Of a stretch of 64,000 nucleotides of DNA, positions 51,565 through 60,377 are shown in pieces. The notes below the pieces were generated by a model. It was given only the letters and a program-made list of their open reading frames with translations. It did not search any database and had not been told where the DNA came from. This DNA is from Pirellulales bacterium (GTDB lineage Bacteria > Planctomycetota > Planctomycetia > Pirellulales > PALSA-1355): NCBI GenBank assembly GCA_963733035.1, contig CAVTBU010000007.1, forward strand, positions 672,001 to 736,000, in the 5' to 3' direction. Position 1 is the first letter of the stretch, and each line of letters opens with the position of its first letter. A program made the position numbers and the translations under genes.

Positions 51565-54500
51565 ATGATCGGACAAGGAAGTCCGACAACGTCATCGCGC
51601 GCCCCGGTAGCGCGTCCTCCTCGCGCCATGTATTGGCTGCTTGGTGTGGCGCTCTTGCTGGCCGTGGCGATGACCGCCCATGGACAGGCCGCCGAGGTCG
51701 CGCTCAAGCTGCGCATTTCCTGGGGTGGCGGTGCCGAACATCTCTGGCGCGGATCGGTGCAATTCGCCGACGGTTCGCTTTCGGACCTCTGCGCGCTGGG
51801 TATCGAAGCCGATGAACCGTCGGCCATCTGGCTGCAAGATGGCAACCAGGTGATCATCCACGAGCCCAGCCCGCGGGGCTATGACGGTATCGACGTGCTG
51901 GTCCGCGGCGACGCGGCGGCGACAGTGATGATCGAATTGTCGTCAGATGCCAACCCAGAGCCGCGGCGTGTGGCGATTCCGCTTGGTGAGTTGATTGACG
52001 GTGTGCACAACACGCCGCTCGACGACAGCGGCAATCGGCTGTCGCTGATGCGTGCACCGGGCGACCGGTTGCATGTCGATTTCGATCGTGCGCACCTGGT
52101 GTTTGCTCCTGGTGAGTCGTTCGCATTCCGCGTCGAGCCCCACCAGCTCGGCACGAGCACTACCGCGGCTCGACTACAGGCGTCCATCGCCTCGGCACAC
52201 GGTGGGCAGCGTGTCTGGGCCGAGGAGTACACCACCGGGCCAGATGGCACGGCCACCACGATTTCTTTACCGGTCCCAAGGCACGAAGGCGTCTACGATT
52301 TGCGACTTGTGTTGGCTCCACCGTCGCGTTTTAAACAGAAACTGCGATTGGGACAGAAGCCGTTGGCCGAGCGGAAAGTACAATTCGTCGTACTCGATAC
52401 GCAGCCCACGGCGCGCAGCGGCGAAGCTCCCACGGCGAAAGTCCTGGAAATCAACCCGGTCAATCCTCGCTGGTGGGAACGGCTGGCGAGCCTACCGCCA
52501 ATTCCCGGTTTTCGGCAGGGACCACTGGGCAATGGCGACGCCGCCACCTGGAACCATCCTAGCCTGGGCCCCATGATTCAGCTTGGACCTGGCGGCGCCG
52601 CACCAGACATCAGCTGGGAGGCCTATCCACTTCCCATCTCGCACCCAGGCGAAGTTCATGTTTTGGAGATCGAGTACCCGACGGACGTGCCTCAGGCGAT
52701 GGGCATCAGCTTGATCGAACCGAACGCCGCGGGCGCCGTCGTGCCGATTGGACTCGACTCGGGAGTTTATGTTTCCGACGAAGAGGCGGAGAATCCTGCC
52801 CGGATGGCGAAGCACCGCGTCGTATTTTGGCCCAAGACGAAGACGCCGCTCGTCTTAATCACGAATCGTCGTCCAGGCGCCTGCGCCGTGTATGGCAAGA
52901 TTTCCGTGCTCAGCGCCCCGCAGAGTCAATTGGCGATGCTGACGCTGGGTCGGTTCGATAGCGGCAGTACGTTGCCGCCCGCGTTTGCAGACGATGATCG
53001 CGGCGAGCGGTTGTGGGCCGGCTACATGGATCGGCCACTCGTGCCGGAAAACTTTGGTGCTCCCGAAGCGTATGACGAGCAGAGCCGTCGCAGCATTGAC
53101 GATTGGAATACGTTTCACCAAGGGGGGACGCGGCTGGTCAAGTATTTGCGTCATATTGGCTACAACGGCCTGATGCTCTCGGTACTGGCCGATGGCAGTA
53201 CGATTTACCCCAGCGAGTTGGTTTCGCCCACGCCGCGTTACGATACGGGATCCTTTTTTGACACGGGCCAGGACCCCGTGCGCAAGGATGCGTTGGAGCT
53301 TTTCTTTCGGTTGTTTGATCGCGAACGGCTCGTGTTGATTCCGGCGCTGCAGTTTGCCGCGCCGCTGCCGGAATTGGAATCGATTAAACGTGCCGGCGGC
53401 GCCGAGGCCGAGGGTCTCGAGTGGATCGGAGGCGACGGTAAGCCCTGGCCCCAAGACGGCATACATCAGGGGCTCGGCCCGTACTACAACTTGCTCGATC
53501 CGCGCGTGCAAACTGCCATGGTCAACGTCGTGCGTGAGGTGGTTGCTCGCTATGGCGGACACGAGGCATTCGGCGGCGTGGCCCTGCAACTATCGCCCGA
53601 AAGCTATGCCGAGCTGCCGGGCGAAGCATGGGGTTTTGATGATCAAACGATTGCTCGCTTCGAACGCGAAACCAAAACCCATGTTCCTGGCACGGGGCCC
53701 CAGCGTTTTGGCGTCAGAGCGAAACATTTGACGGGACCAGGACGGTCGGCGTGGCTGAAATGGCGCGACGAGGTGGTCGCTCAGTTTCATCGAAGGCTCG
53801 AGCAAGAGATCGCTACTGGTCATGACGGCGCCAAGTTATATCTGGCCGGCGGCACAATGCTCGAAAACCAGCAAACACAGGTTCGGCTTCGTCCCACCCT
53901 GTCACGGAAGGCGAAGATCGACGAAGCCTTCATGGATTTGGGCCTGCCCTTGCAGGACGACAGCCGCGAAACCGGGATCGTCGTTCTGCGGCCACAATTG
54001 GTGCGCCCCAATATTGCGCCGTCGCCGGCCGGCGCTGCCGAGTCGGAACTCTACCTCTCGCGTGAAATGGATATGCTATTCTCCGCCGCTGGCGGACGTA
54101 GCTCGCTGTTCTACCACGAACCGCAAAGGGCTCGACTAGCGAGCTTCGATGTGGAGAGCCCGTTTGGTGCATCAAATACATTCGCCTGGCTCGTCTCGCA
54201 AATGTCTCCCTCCGGCGATCGCAACCGTCGTCGCTTCGTGCATAGCCTGGCTGTCGCCGACACAGTCGAGATGTTCGACGGCGGTTGGATGTTGCCGCTG
54301 GGGCAAGAGGCGTCGATCAAGGACGTGATCAGCGCCTATCGCCAACTGCCCAAGGACCGGTTCAGAACGTATGACGGTGAAATTCAACCGGTGGTCGTTC
54401 GAACGCTGACGCATGAAGGTCGCACCTACATCTACCTGGTCAACGATTCGCCTTGGCCCGCGGGCATCACCATGCAGATGGATATGCCATCGGTCTGCAA

Positions 54501-55443
54501 TATGGAAAAGCTTGGTGCGAGTTCCGGCGTTGGACCGCTGAAACGTTCACCGAGTGGCACGACGTGGCAGGTGTCGCTCAAGCCCTTCGATTTGGCCGCC
54601 GCTCGGTTTTCATCCGATCAGGCCCGAATCTTGACTGCGGTTGTGTCGCTGCCGCCTAGTGTGCGCGAATCGCTCGAACGTCGCATCGAGGATTTGGTGA
54701 CGCGCGTGCGAGCGCTAGGTAATCCCCTCCTCGAAAACCCAAGCTTCGAATCTCCCGTCGCGAACCAACAAATCGCGGGTTGGGCGGCTCGGGTGCCGGA
54801 CGGTGGGCGGATTGCATTGGACTCGCGCTTCAAGAATTCCGGCTCGCGCTCCGTCTTGATGTCGACCAATGGACCGCCAGTCAGTATTTCGAGTGCGCCA
54901 TTTTTACCCCCGCAAACCGGGCGGCTGACCGTGGGAGTGTCGTTGCGAGCTGCCGATGTCGATCGCTTACCGTCGCTGCGGATTGGCGTGGACGGAGAGA
55001 GCGACCAGGGCGGCTTCCATCCCCACGGCGTCATCGATCGCGTCGGTGCTTCAGCCGCTCATCCGGGCGATTGGGTGCGCTATACCTTCCCAATCGAAAA
55101 CTTGCCGACCGAGGGGCTGGCGAATCTGCGGGTTCGTTTTGAATTGCTGGGAGCCGGCGAAGTCTGGATCGACGACGTCCAAGTGCAGGCGTTCAACAGG
55201 GACGAGCTAATCGAACTCTCCAAAATTAATACGATGGCCAGCCTCCACCTGGACAAACGCCAATACGCCGATTGCCAGCGGCTACTGGATAGTTATTGGC
55301 CCCGGTTCCTCGTGGCAAACGTTGCCCTCACGACGGCCGTGGCTCAACGGCCCAAGCCGCCCGAGCCACAACCGGCCGAGCCGGAAAAGAGCCCTTCGAT
55401 GTTCGAGACCATGAAAAGCTACCTGCCGCAAATCTTTCGTTGA
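51565..55443 (+). CDS. Large secreted protein with GHL10/DUF187-like TIM barrel and C-terminal CBM-like domain
   Basis: Signal peptide; G.N.LMLSV...G.TIYPS, D.LEL.F, YN.LDPRVQ..M...V.EV..RY and W..WR motifs; C-terminal LENPSFE...W.DDV (CBM4/9-like). Confidence 0.6.
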   Translation: MIGQGSPTTSSRAPVARPPRAMYWLLGVALLLAVAMTAHGQAAEVALKLRISWGGGAEHLWRGSVQFADGSLSDLCALGIEADEPSAIWLQDGNQVIIHEPSPRGYDGIDVLVRGDAAATVMIELSSDANPEPRRVAIPLGELIDGVHNTPLDDSGNRLSLMRAPGDRLHVDFDRAHLVFAPGESFAFRVEPHQLGTSTTAARLQASIASAHGGQRVWAEEYTTGPDGTATTISLPVPRHEGVYDLRLVLAPPSRFKQKLRLGQKPLAERKVQFVVLDTQPTARSGEAPTAKVLEINPVNPRWWERLASLPPIPGFRQGPLGNGDAATWNHPSLGPMIQLGPGGAAPDISWEAYPLPISHPGEVHVLEIEYPTDVPQAMGISLIEPNAAGAVVPIGLDSGVYVSDEEAENPARMAKHRVVFWPKTKTPLVLITNRRPGACAVYGKISVLSAPQSQLAMLTLGRFDSGSTLPPAFADDDRGERLWAGYMDRPLVPENFGAPEAYDEQSRRSIDDWNTFHQGGTRLVKYLRHIGYNGLMLSVLADGSTIYPSELVSPTPRYDTGSFFDTGQDPVRKDALELFFRLFDRERLVLIPALQFAAPLPELESIKRAGGAEAEGLEWIGGDGKPWPQDGIHQGLGPYYNLLDPRVQTAMVNVVREVVARYGGHEAFGGVALQLSPESYAELPGEAWGFDDQTIARFERETKTHVPGTGPQRFGVRAKHLTGPGRSAWLKWRDEVVAQFHRRLEQEIATGHDGAKLYLAGGTMLENQQTQVRLRPTLSRKAKIDEAFMDLGLPLQDDSRETGIVVLRPQLVRPNIAPSPAGAAESELYLSREMDMLFSAAGGRSSLFYHEPQRARLASFDVESPFGASNTFAWLVSQMSPSGDRNRRRFVHSLAVADTVEMFDGGWMLPLGQEASIKDVISAYRQLPKDRFRTYDGEIQPVVVRTLTHEGRTYIYLVNDSPWPAGITMQMDMPSVCNMEKLGASSGVGPLKRSPSGTTWQVSLKPFDLAAARFSSDQARILTAVVSLPPSVRESLERRIEDLVTRVRALGNPLLENPSFESPVANQQIAGWAARVPDGGRIALDSRFKNSGSRSVLMSTNGPPVSISSAPFLPPQTGRLTVGVSLRAADVDRLPSLRIGVDGESDQGGFHPHGVIDRVGASAAHPGDWVRYTFPIENLPTEGLANLRVRFELLGAGEVWIDDVQVQAFNRDELIELSKINTMASLHLDKRQYADCQRLLDSYWPRFLVANVALTTAVAQRPKPPEPQPAEPEKSPSMFETMKSYLPQIFR

Positions 55444-55456
55444 GACCCAGCGGGCA

Positions 55457-55801
55457 TCAGCCCGGCGGCCAACTCAGCGGCCTGCCGCCCAGCAGATGGA
55501 AGTGCAAATGGTCGACGGATTGTCCGGCATAGGGGCCGCAGTTGACCACGACACGGTAACCGTCGTCGAGTTGCAGTTGTTTGGCCAGTCTGCGAATGGT
55601 CACCATCAGGTGCCCTACGAGCGACGCATCTTCGTCGTCCACCTCGTTGAGTGAGGGGATTTCCTTTTTCGGAATGACGATCACGTGCGTTGGAGCCTGC
55701 GGAGCGATATCAACAAAGGCCAGGCACTGGTCATCGTCGTGCACAATCCGTGCGGGAAGCTCACCATCGATGATCCGTTTGAAAATCGTTTTGCTCGACA
55801 T
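55457..55801 (-). CDS. HIT family nucleotide-binding protein
   Basis: TIFKRII, DIAPQAPTH, GQSVDHLHFHLLGGR..WPPG. Confidence 0.95.
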   Translation of the reverse strand: MSSKTIFKRIIDGELPARIVHDDDQCLAFVDIAPQAPTHVIVIPKKEIPSLNEVDDEDASLVGHLMVTIRRLAKQLQLDDGYRVVVNCGPYAGQSVDHLHFHLLGGRPLSWPPG

Positions 55802-55819
55802 CGCGATCCTCGCGGCAGG

Positions 55820-56086
55820 TTAGTTATTTAAAGCCGATTGGTCGAGTGGGATAGCTTCGTCGATGAGCATCATGGGAATGTCGTCGACGATCGGGTACAG
55901 CACGGCTCCATCGGCGCGCAGCAGACCGCCGTCGAGCTGGCGGTCGAGCTTCTGCCCTGCCCGGTTGGTTAAATCTCCGACAGAAATGGCCTGATTGATC
56001 TGGGAGACCAACTCGCTTGGAGCGATGCTCAATGGGCTCCGCGTTTCAGGGCAGACCAACATTTTTAGTACTTCGGGACGCATCAT
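55820..56086 (-). CDS. Trm112-like protein
   Basis: L.MLVCPETR.PL ... YPIVDDIPMML.DEA. Confidence 0.8.
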   Translation of the reverse strand: MMRPEVLKMLVCPETRSPLSIAPSELVSQINQAISVGDLTNRAGQKLDRQLDGGLLRADGAVLYPIVDDIPMMLIDEAIPLDQSALNN

Positions 56087-56367
56087 GGGTTGCCGATGCG
56101 GCTCTCGCCGTGCTCGGTCGTGGGGACATGGAAGCTGGCAGCGCAACATGCCGCGGCGCCTTGTCCCCAGAGTGCCGCATTCGTGCCAGCTTGGCAAGAG
56201 CCCCCCGTACAGCTTTTCGGGCCAAACGGCCGGGTCACCTCAAGCGCGTGTGCCGGCGGCTCCGATAAATAGGGATGATGTGCCATTGCGGCAAAAAGGA
56301 ATCCCCCCAGGGCGGCCGTGCATGGATTGCCAAGGGCTGCCATCGGAACACGGATGAGGGACCGATC

Positions 56368-56967
56368 ATGATCCGACGAAAGACAAGTTTTCTTGCACTG
56401 GCGGCCGTCGCGATGGCGGCGCCGGCTGCCTTGGCCCAGGATGTTCGCTATTACTCGGAGAACGGCATTCAGTACCGCGAAACCACTCACGTGTCGCAAC
56501 GCCCGATTTCCGAGACCACCTACCAACCGCATGAGACCACCGGCGTCAGCCCGCGCTACACGACCGATATGCAGGAGTCGGTACGTACCTACCAGGTGCC
56601 CATTACCGAACAGCAATGGGTGCCCGGCTTGCAGCGGACGTGGAACATCTTTGCCCCTCCTGTGCTCTCGTATCGCCTGATGCCGGTCACCCGCTGGGAA
56701 ACGCGGACCGAGACGGTGCGTGTGCCGGTGACCAAGGTCGAATACGTGCCGACGAAACATGTACAGCACATTCCCGTCACCAATACGCGTATCGCCGAAG
56801 AGCGCGTTGTTCGCCGCGAAGCCATTGGCCCGGCCTCGAGTGGAGGGGGAACGGCCGTTGCCCAGCGGCAACCCGTCGAGACGGGCAGTTCGAGCTTCGA
56901 TTCGGGCGCCCCGGCACAGGACCCCTATTCCACATCGACGCCCACAACGGTTGACCGCCGCAGATAA
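56368..56967 (+). CDS. Secreted hypothetical protein, T/V/P/Y/R-rich
   Basis: Clear signal peptide (AAPAALA-Q), RBS GAGGG and a downstream terminator. Confidence 0.75.
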   Translation: MIRRKTSFLALAAVAMAAPAALAQDVRYYSENGIQYRETTHVSQRPISETTYQPHETTGVSPRYTTDMQESVRTYQVPITEQQWVPGLQRTWNIFAPPVLSYRLMPVTRWETRTETVRVPVTKVEYVPTKHVQHIPVTNTRIAEERVVRREAIGPASSGGGTAVAQRQPVETGSSSFDSGAPAQDPYSTSTPTTVDRRR

Positions 56968-57010
56968 GCCACGCGGTCGACGTTCGAGTTCGTCGGATCG
57001 TATGACAAGC

Positions 57011-57049
57011 AAAAGAGCGAGGAGTTCCGCTGGAACTCCTCGCTCTTTT
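57011..57049. terminator. Bidirectional rho-independent terminator
   Basis: AAAAGAGCGAGGAGTTCC-GCT-GGAACTCCTCGCTCTTTT, a perfect hairpin between convergent genes. Confidence 0.9.
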
Positions 57050-57073
57050 TGATTCGATCGCCAGAAGGACTGG

Positions 57074-57385
57074 CTACTTGGAAGCTCCCGCCATGTCGGG
57101 CGAGGGGCTGGTCTTTGAGCGCCGCGTGGTTTTCGCGGTGCCCCATTCCTTGGTCAGCGTCTCAAACACTTCGGGTGATTCGTAACGAATGACGTTCTTG
57201 CCCTCGGGCATGGGGCCAATCAAGCCCCGCAAGACCGGCAGGCCCCGCAAGCCCAGGTCGGTGCTGCAATCGTCGACGCCGATCTGCGTGTGCGAACGAA
57301 GCAGCGATTCTCGCTTGGCGTAGTCGCGAATATGAAGTTGGCCATCCGTGCCGCGCGTCACAATCCGAAAAGTATCTTTGGCCAT
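57074..57385 (-). CDS. Small hypothetical protein (103 aa)
   Basis: MAKDTFRIVTRG...LRGLPVLRGLIGPM...RYESPEVFE has globular-looking composition and converges on the terminator. Confidence 0.7.
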   Translation of the reverse strand: MAKDTFRIVTRGTDGQLHIRDYAKRESLLRSHTQIGVDDCSTDLGLRGLPVLRGLIGPMPEGKNVIRYESPEVFETLTKEWGTAKTTRRSKTSPSPDMAGASK

Positions 57386-57812
57386 TGAGCGTGAGTCCCC
57401 GGGGTGGCAGTGTTGGGAAGTTAGCAGGTCCGCCAGCAGTTCATCGGCCGCGTCGCAACACGCCTCCAAGGCATTCTATGGCGTGCCACACAGCAGGACA
57501 GACCGCAAGAACCCGCACAGCCCAGCCGCGGCGGAGTACCCGCTACGGACCGCAGCAGATGCGCGCAGGCCATGCCAACTGAAGCGGTCGCGAGGACCAT
57601 TCGCCCGAGGGGCAAATTATCGTCACTCCGAATGTAACGGACGAAGTGGACCTGGCGACGTTTCACCGCGAAGCGATTGTGCGGGCGCGACGTGCACTCG
57701 GTTTTCCAGTATCTCAATGAACGCAGCTCGGGTCAGACGTCGTCCAGCTGCGTCCACGGCACGGAAACCCCCGTTGCCTACCGACCCCCAGCGGAGTAAA
57801 TTCAAGAGACCT

Positions 57813-57895
57813 GGAGGGTAAGCGAATTGGCCAGCGGCCTGACTCGAAATCAGGTGCCCCGCAAGGGGTTGTGGGTTCGAATCCCATGCCCTCCG
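57813..57895 (+). tRNA. tRNA-Ser(CGA), long variable arm, CCA not encoded
   Basis: Acceptor GGAGGGT/GCCCTCC-G; anticodon arm CCTGA-CTCGAAA-TCAGG; variable arm GCCCC-GCAA-GGGGT; T arm GTGGG-TTCGAAT-CCCAT. Confidence 0.9.
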
Positions 57896-57911
57896 CTTTC
57901 GTAGAACTCGT

Positions 57912-57943
57912 AGCCCCGCCTAGAGTTGCGGGGCTTTTCTTTT
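57912..57943 (+). terminator. Rho-independent terminator after tRNA-Ser
   Basis: AGCCCCGC-N8-GCGGGGCT followed by TTTCTTTT. Confidence 0.8.
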
Positions 57944-57983
57944 GCGCTCGCTAGGCCCCGAAATCGGCGCTCAGGGCGGCGCG

Positions 57984-58004
57984 ATGTAGCCAAAATGTAG
58001 CCAA
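57984..58004. repeat. Tandem 10-mer ATGTAGCCAA x2
   Basis: ATGTAGCCAA-A-ATGTAGCCAA, about 90 bp past the tRNA 3' end. Confidence 0.8.
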
Positions 58005-58395
58005 TCTCGGGACGGCTACACGATGGACGGCCGTGGACTTGCAAGAATGGCGTAGACGCCGACGCAGCGGATTTGTCCACACAGCGGTGGACGATCGCCA
58101 ACGTTGACGGGCTGGATAACGGGGGCGCCGGCTGATATCGCAACTTCTTGGGACGATGCCGAGCCACTTAGGCATGGCGCGGGCTCGACCAACTGCCAAC
58201 AACACTCGTCAATGTGATCGAAGCGCGGAAGTTTACCCGAATTATGCTCCGAACGGCGTTCCAAAGAACTGTCGATTTTTGCGAGTCTCACGCAGACATG
58301 AGTAAATGACACTCAACCGCCGTCGGCACTCTCATTTCCGCCGGGGGGACGGACTCTGGATTGCAGACAACGACACGACTTTCGAGAATAGCTCC

Positions 58396-59124
58396 ATGGG
58401 AATTGAACTCGGTCGCATTAGTGCCATATTTCGTTATCCGATCAAATCGATGGCCGGTGAAAGGCTTGATTCCGCAAAAATGGGCTGGCATGGCATCGAA
58501 GGTGATCGGCGGTTGGCGTTTCGCCGACTTGCCGATCGCGGCGCGTTCCCCTGGTTAACAGCGAGCCGACTTCCCGAATTGCTTCTCTATCAGCCCTTCG
58601 GCCGCCAGGACAAGACGGGGGAGCTGCTGCCGACCCACATCCGCACGCCCGACGGTAGGGAATACGGACTCACGGACAAAGCATTGCTAGAGGAAATCGC
58701 CACTCGTCACCGAGGCGATGTGGAGCTGATGCAGCTTAGCCACGGCATCTTCGACGAGGCCGCAGTTTCCGCAATTGCCTCGGGGACGATACAGAGCATC
58801 GCGCGCGAAGCGGGCCACGTAGCCGATGTCCGTCGTTTCCGGGCGAACGTCGTGATCGACACCGCGGGCGCTCAGCCTTTCGAGGAAGATCGATGGGTGG
58901 GCAAGATCCTGGAATTTGGTTCCGAAGAGTCGGGTCCTGCCATCAGCGTCACCATGCGAGACAAGCGTTGCGTGATGATCAATCTCGACCCGGACACGGC
59001 CGAAGCAAACGCCGAGGTAATGCAGACCGTAATCCGCATGAACGAAAATAACGCCGGCGTTTATGGGACCGTTGTCAGGACAGGGGAGCTTCGGGTCGGT
59101 CAGGTCGTAAGCTTGAGAGCGTAA
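58396..59124 (+). CDS. MOSC domain protein (YcbX/mARC-like)
   Basis: FRYPIKSM.GE, GDRR, RRFRAN, FEED.W, RCVM...DP.T and G.LRVGQ motifs. Confidence 0.9.
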   Translation: MGIELGRISAIFRYPIKSMAGERLDSAKMGWHGIEGDRRLAFRRLADRGAFPWLTASRLPELLLYQPFGRQDKTGELLPTHIRTPDGREYGLTDKALLEEIATRHRGDVELMQLSHGIFDEAAVSAIASGTIQSIAREAGHVADVRRFRANVVIDTAGAQPFEEDRWVGKILEFGSEESGPAISVTMRDKRCVMINLDPDTAEANAEVMQTVIRMNENNAGVYGTVVRTGELRVGQVVSLRA

Positions 59125-59139
59125 CGGTTCCAGGTTCCG

Positions 59140-59152
59140 TCAAAGGCATGAG
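59140..59152. repeat. Direct repeat TCAAAGGCATGAG, copy 1
   Basis: Identical 13-mer at 61873-61885, with looser similarity for ~30 nt further (AGGCC.AG..GCG.TGTC.GGAAT). Confidence 0.7.
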
Positions 59153-59304
59153 CATTTGACAAAGGCCAGAAGCGGTGTCGGAATATGGTGGTTTCCTCGT
59201 AGTCCAAGAGAACGGACTTAGAAAAGTCGGGACTAGAGGTTCAGTTCCCCGACCGCGGAATGGCGTTCGTACCGGCTGTCGCCATCGAAGGGCGGTTCGG
59301 GTGT

Positions 59305-60303
59305 CTAGTCTTCTCGGTCTTGGTTTTGAGCGAGAACACAGTCGCCCAATCGACCTTTGGTGCAAACGATAGTCACGGCCGAAACCGCAACGATCGGAAC
59401 CAGCAGCGTAATCTCCGAAAGAACAAACACGCGGTCCGATTCCGACAGGAGCTGTCCTTGCAGTCCGAGTGAGTCGTTGTGTAGTCCGTGCATGGCGATT
59501 GCAATCAAAATACTGCCGCCCACTCGGTTGAAGAAGAAAGCCATTATCACCGAAAGTCCGATCAATCGGACCGTAAAGATGCCAAATCCAAAAAAGAAGT
59601 ACGCGGGACCCTTCAGCAACAGGTCAGGCTTCGCTGGAATATGCCACAGCGACCAAAGCACACCTAGCCACATTGTGCCGATCATTGGTCCCATTGACCG
59701 TTGAAGCAACGGCTGAGCGAAGCCTCGCCAGCCGGTTTCCTCGCCAACTGCTCCGCCGTCTAGGAACATCGCAACCAAAAACGAGGGCACGATCGCTATC
59801 GACAGGTCTCTCATACTCCAGACGTATTCCTTGTCGCTTAGCAATAGTCCGTTCAACACAGCAGTCGCGACCGACATCAAGGCAAATGCTCCGATGCAAA
59901 TCCCCCACCACCGCAATCCGTATCGCCAATCTATGTCGGCTCTCCAAGGCCGAAAGCGGGTAATCAGCTTTTTGAGACCTTTACGCTTCCAGGCCACAGC
60001 AGTGACAACAACTGCGGCAAATGTTGGAGTCAGAGGCTGCAATACGACAAGCACGATGGACGGCAAAACACGGGGCACGGACCAGACGAGTTTGATTGCG
60101 GAGACATAATCGGTCTTGAAGGGAAGTCCGGTGACAGTCAACGCTTCTGAGATTCGGGTATCGGCTTCGGCAACGACGAGCATCGCCATGACGAGTACTT
60201 CGCTCGCTACCGCCAACGCGAAGAACCAGATTATCGGTCTGTTGGCAACCAGTCGGGTCAGCCATCCACTCGTCGCGGGAGAGTTTTCCATTCCTGTGCC
60301 CAT
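59305..60303 (-). CDS. CPBP (Abi/CAAX) intramembrane metalloprotease
   Basis: GEETGWRG, W.LWH and SIL.AIAMH..HN motifs; multiple TM segments. Start uncertain. Confidence 0.88.
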   Translation of the reverse strand: MGTGMENSPATSGWLTRLVANRPIIWFFALAVASEVLVMAMLVVAEADTRISEALTVTGLPFKTDYVSAIKLVWSVPRVLPSIVLVVLQPLTPTFAAVVVTAVAWKRKGLKKLITRFRPWRADIDWRYGLRWWGICIGAFALMSVATAVLNGLLLSDKEYVWSMRDLSIAIVPSFLVAMFLDGGAVGEETGWRGFAQPLLQRSMGPMIGTMWLGVLWSLWHIPAKPDLLLKGPAYFFFGFGIFTVRLIGLSVIMAFFFNRVGGSILIAIAMHGLHNDSLGLQGQLLSESDRVFVLSEITLLVPIVAVSAVTIVCTKGRLGDCVLAQNQDRED

Positions 60304-60377
60304 TTCAATGGCTCGCATATTGGCCGTTGACGAGAATAGTTCGGCGACAACAAGGCGTTTTCGTTCCCCCGCCGGGC

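Noticed and set aside
57470..57490. sigma-54 promoter on the minus strand (TGGCACGCCATAGAATGC)
   Set aside because: The GC is 3 nt off the obligatory -24/-12 spacing.
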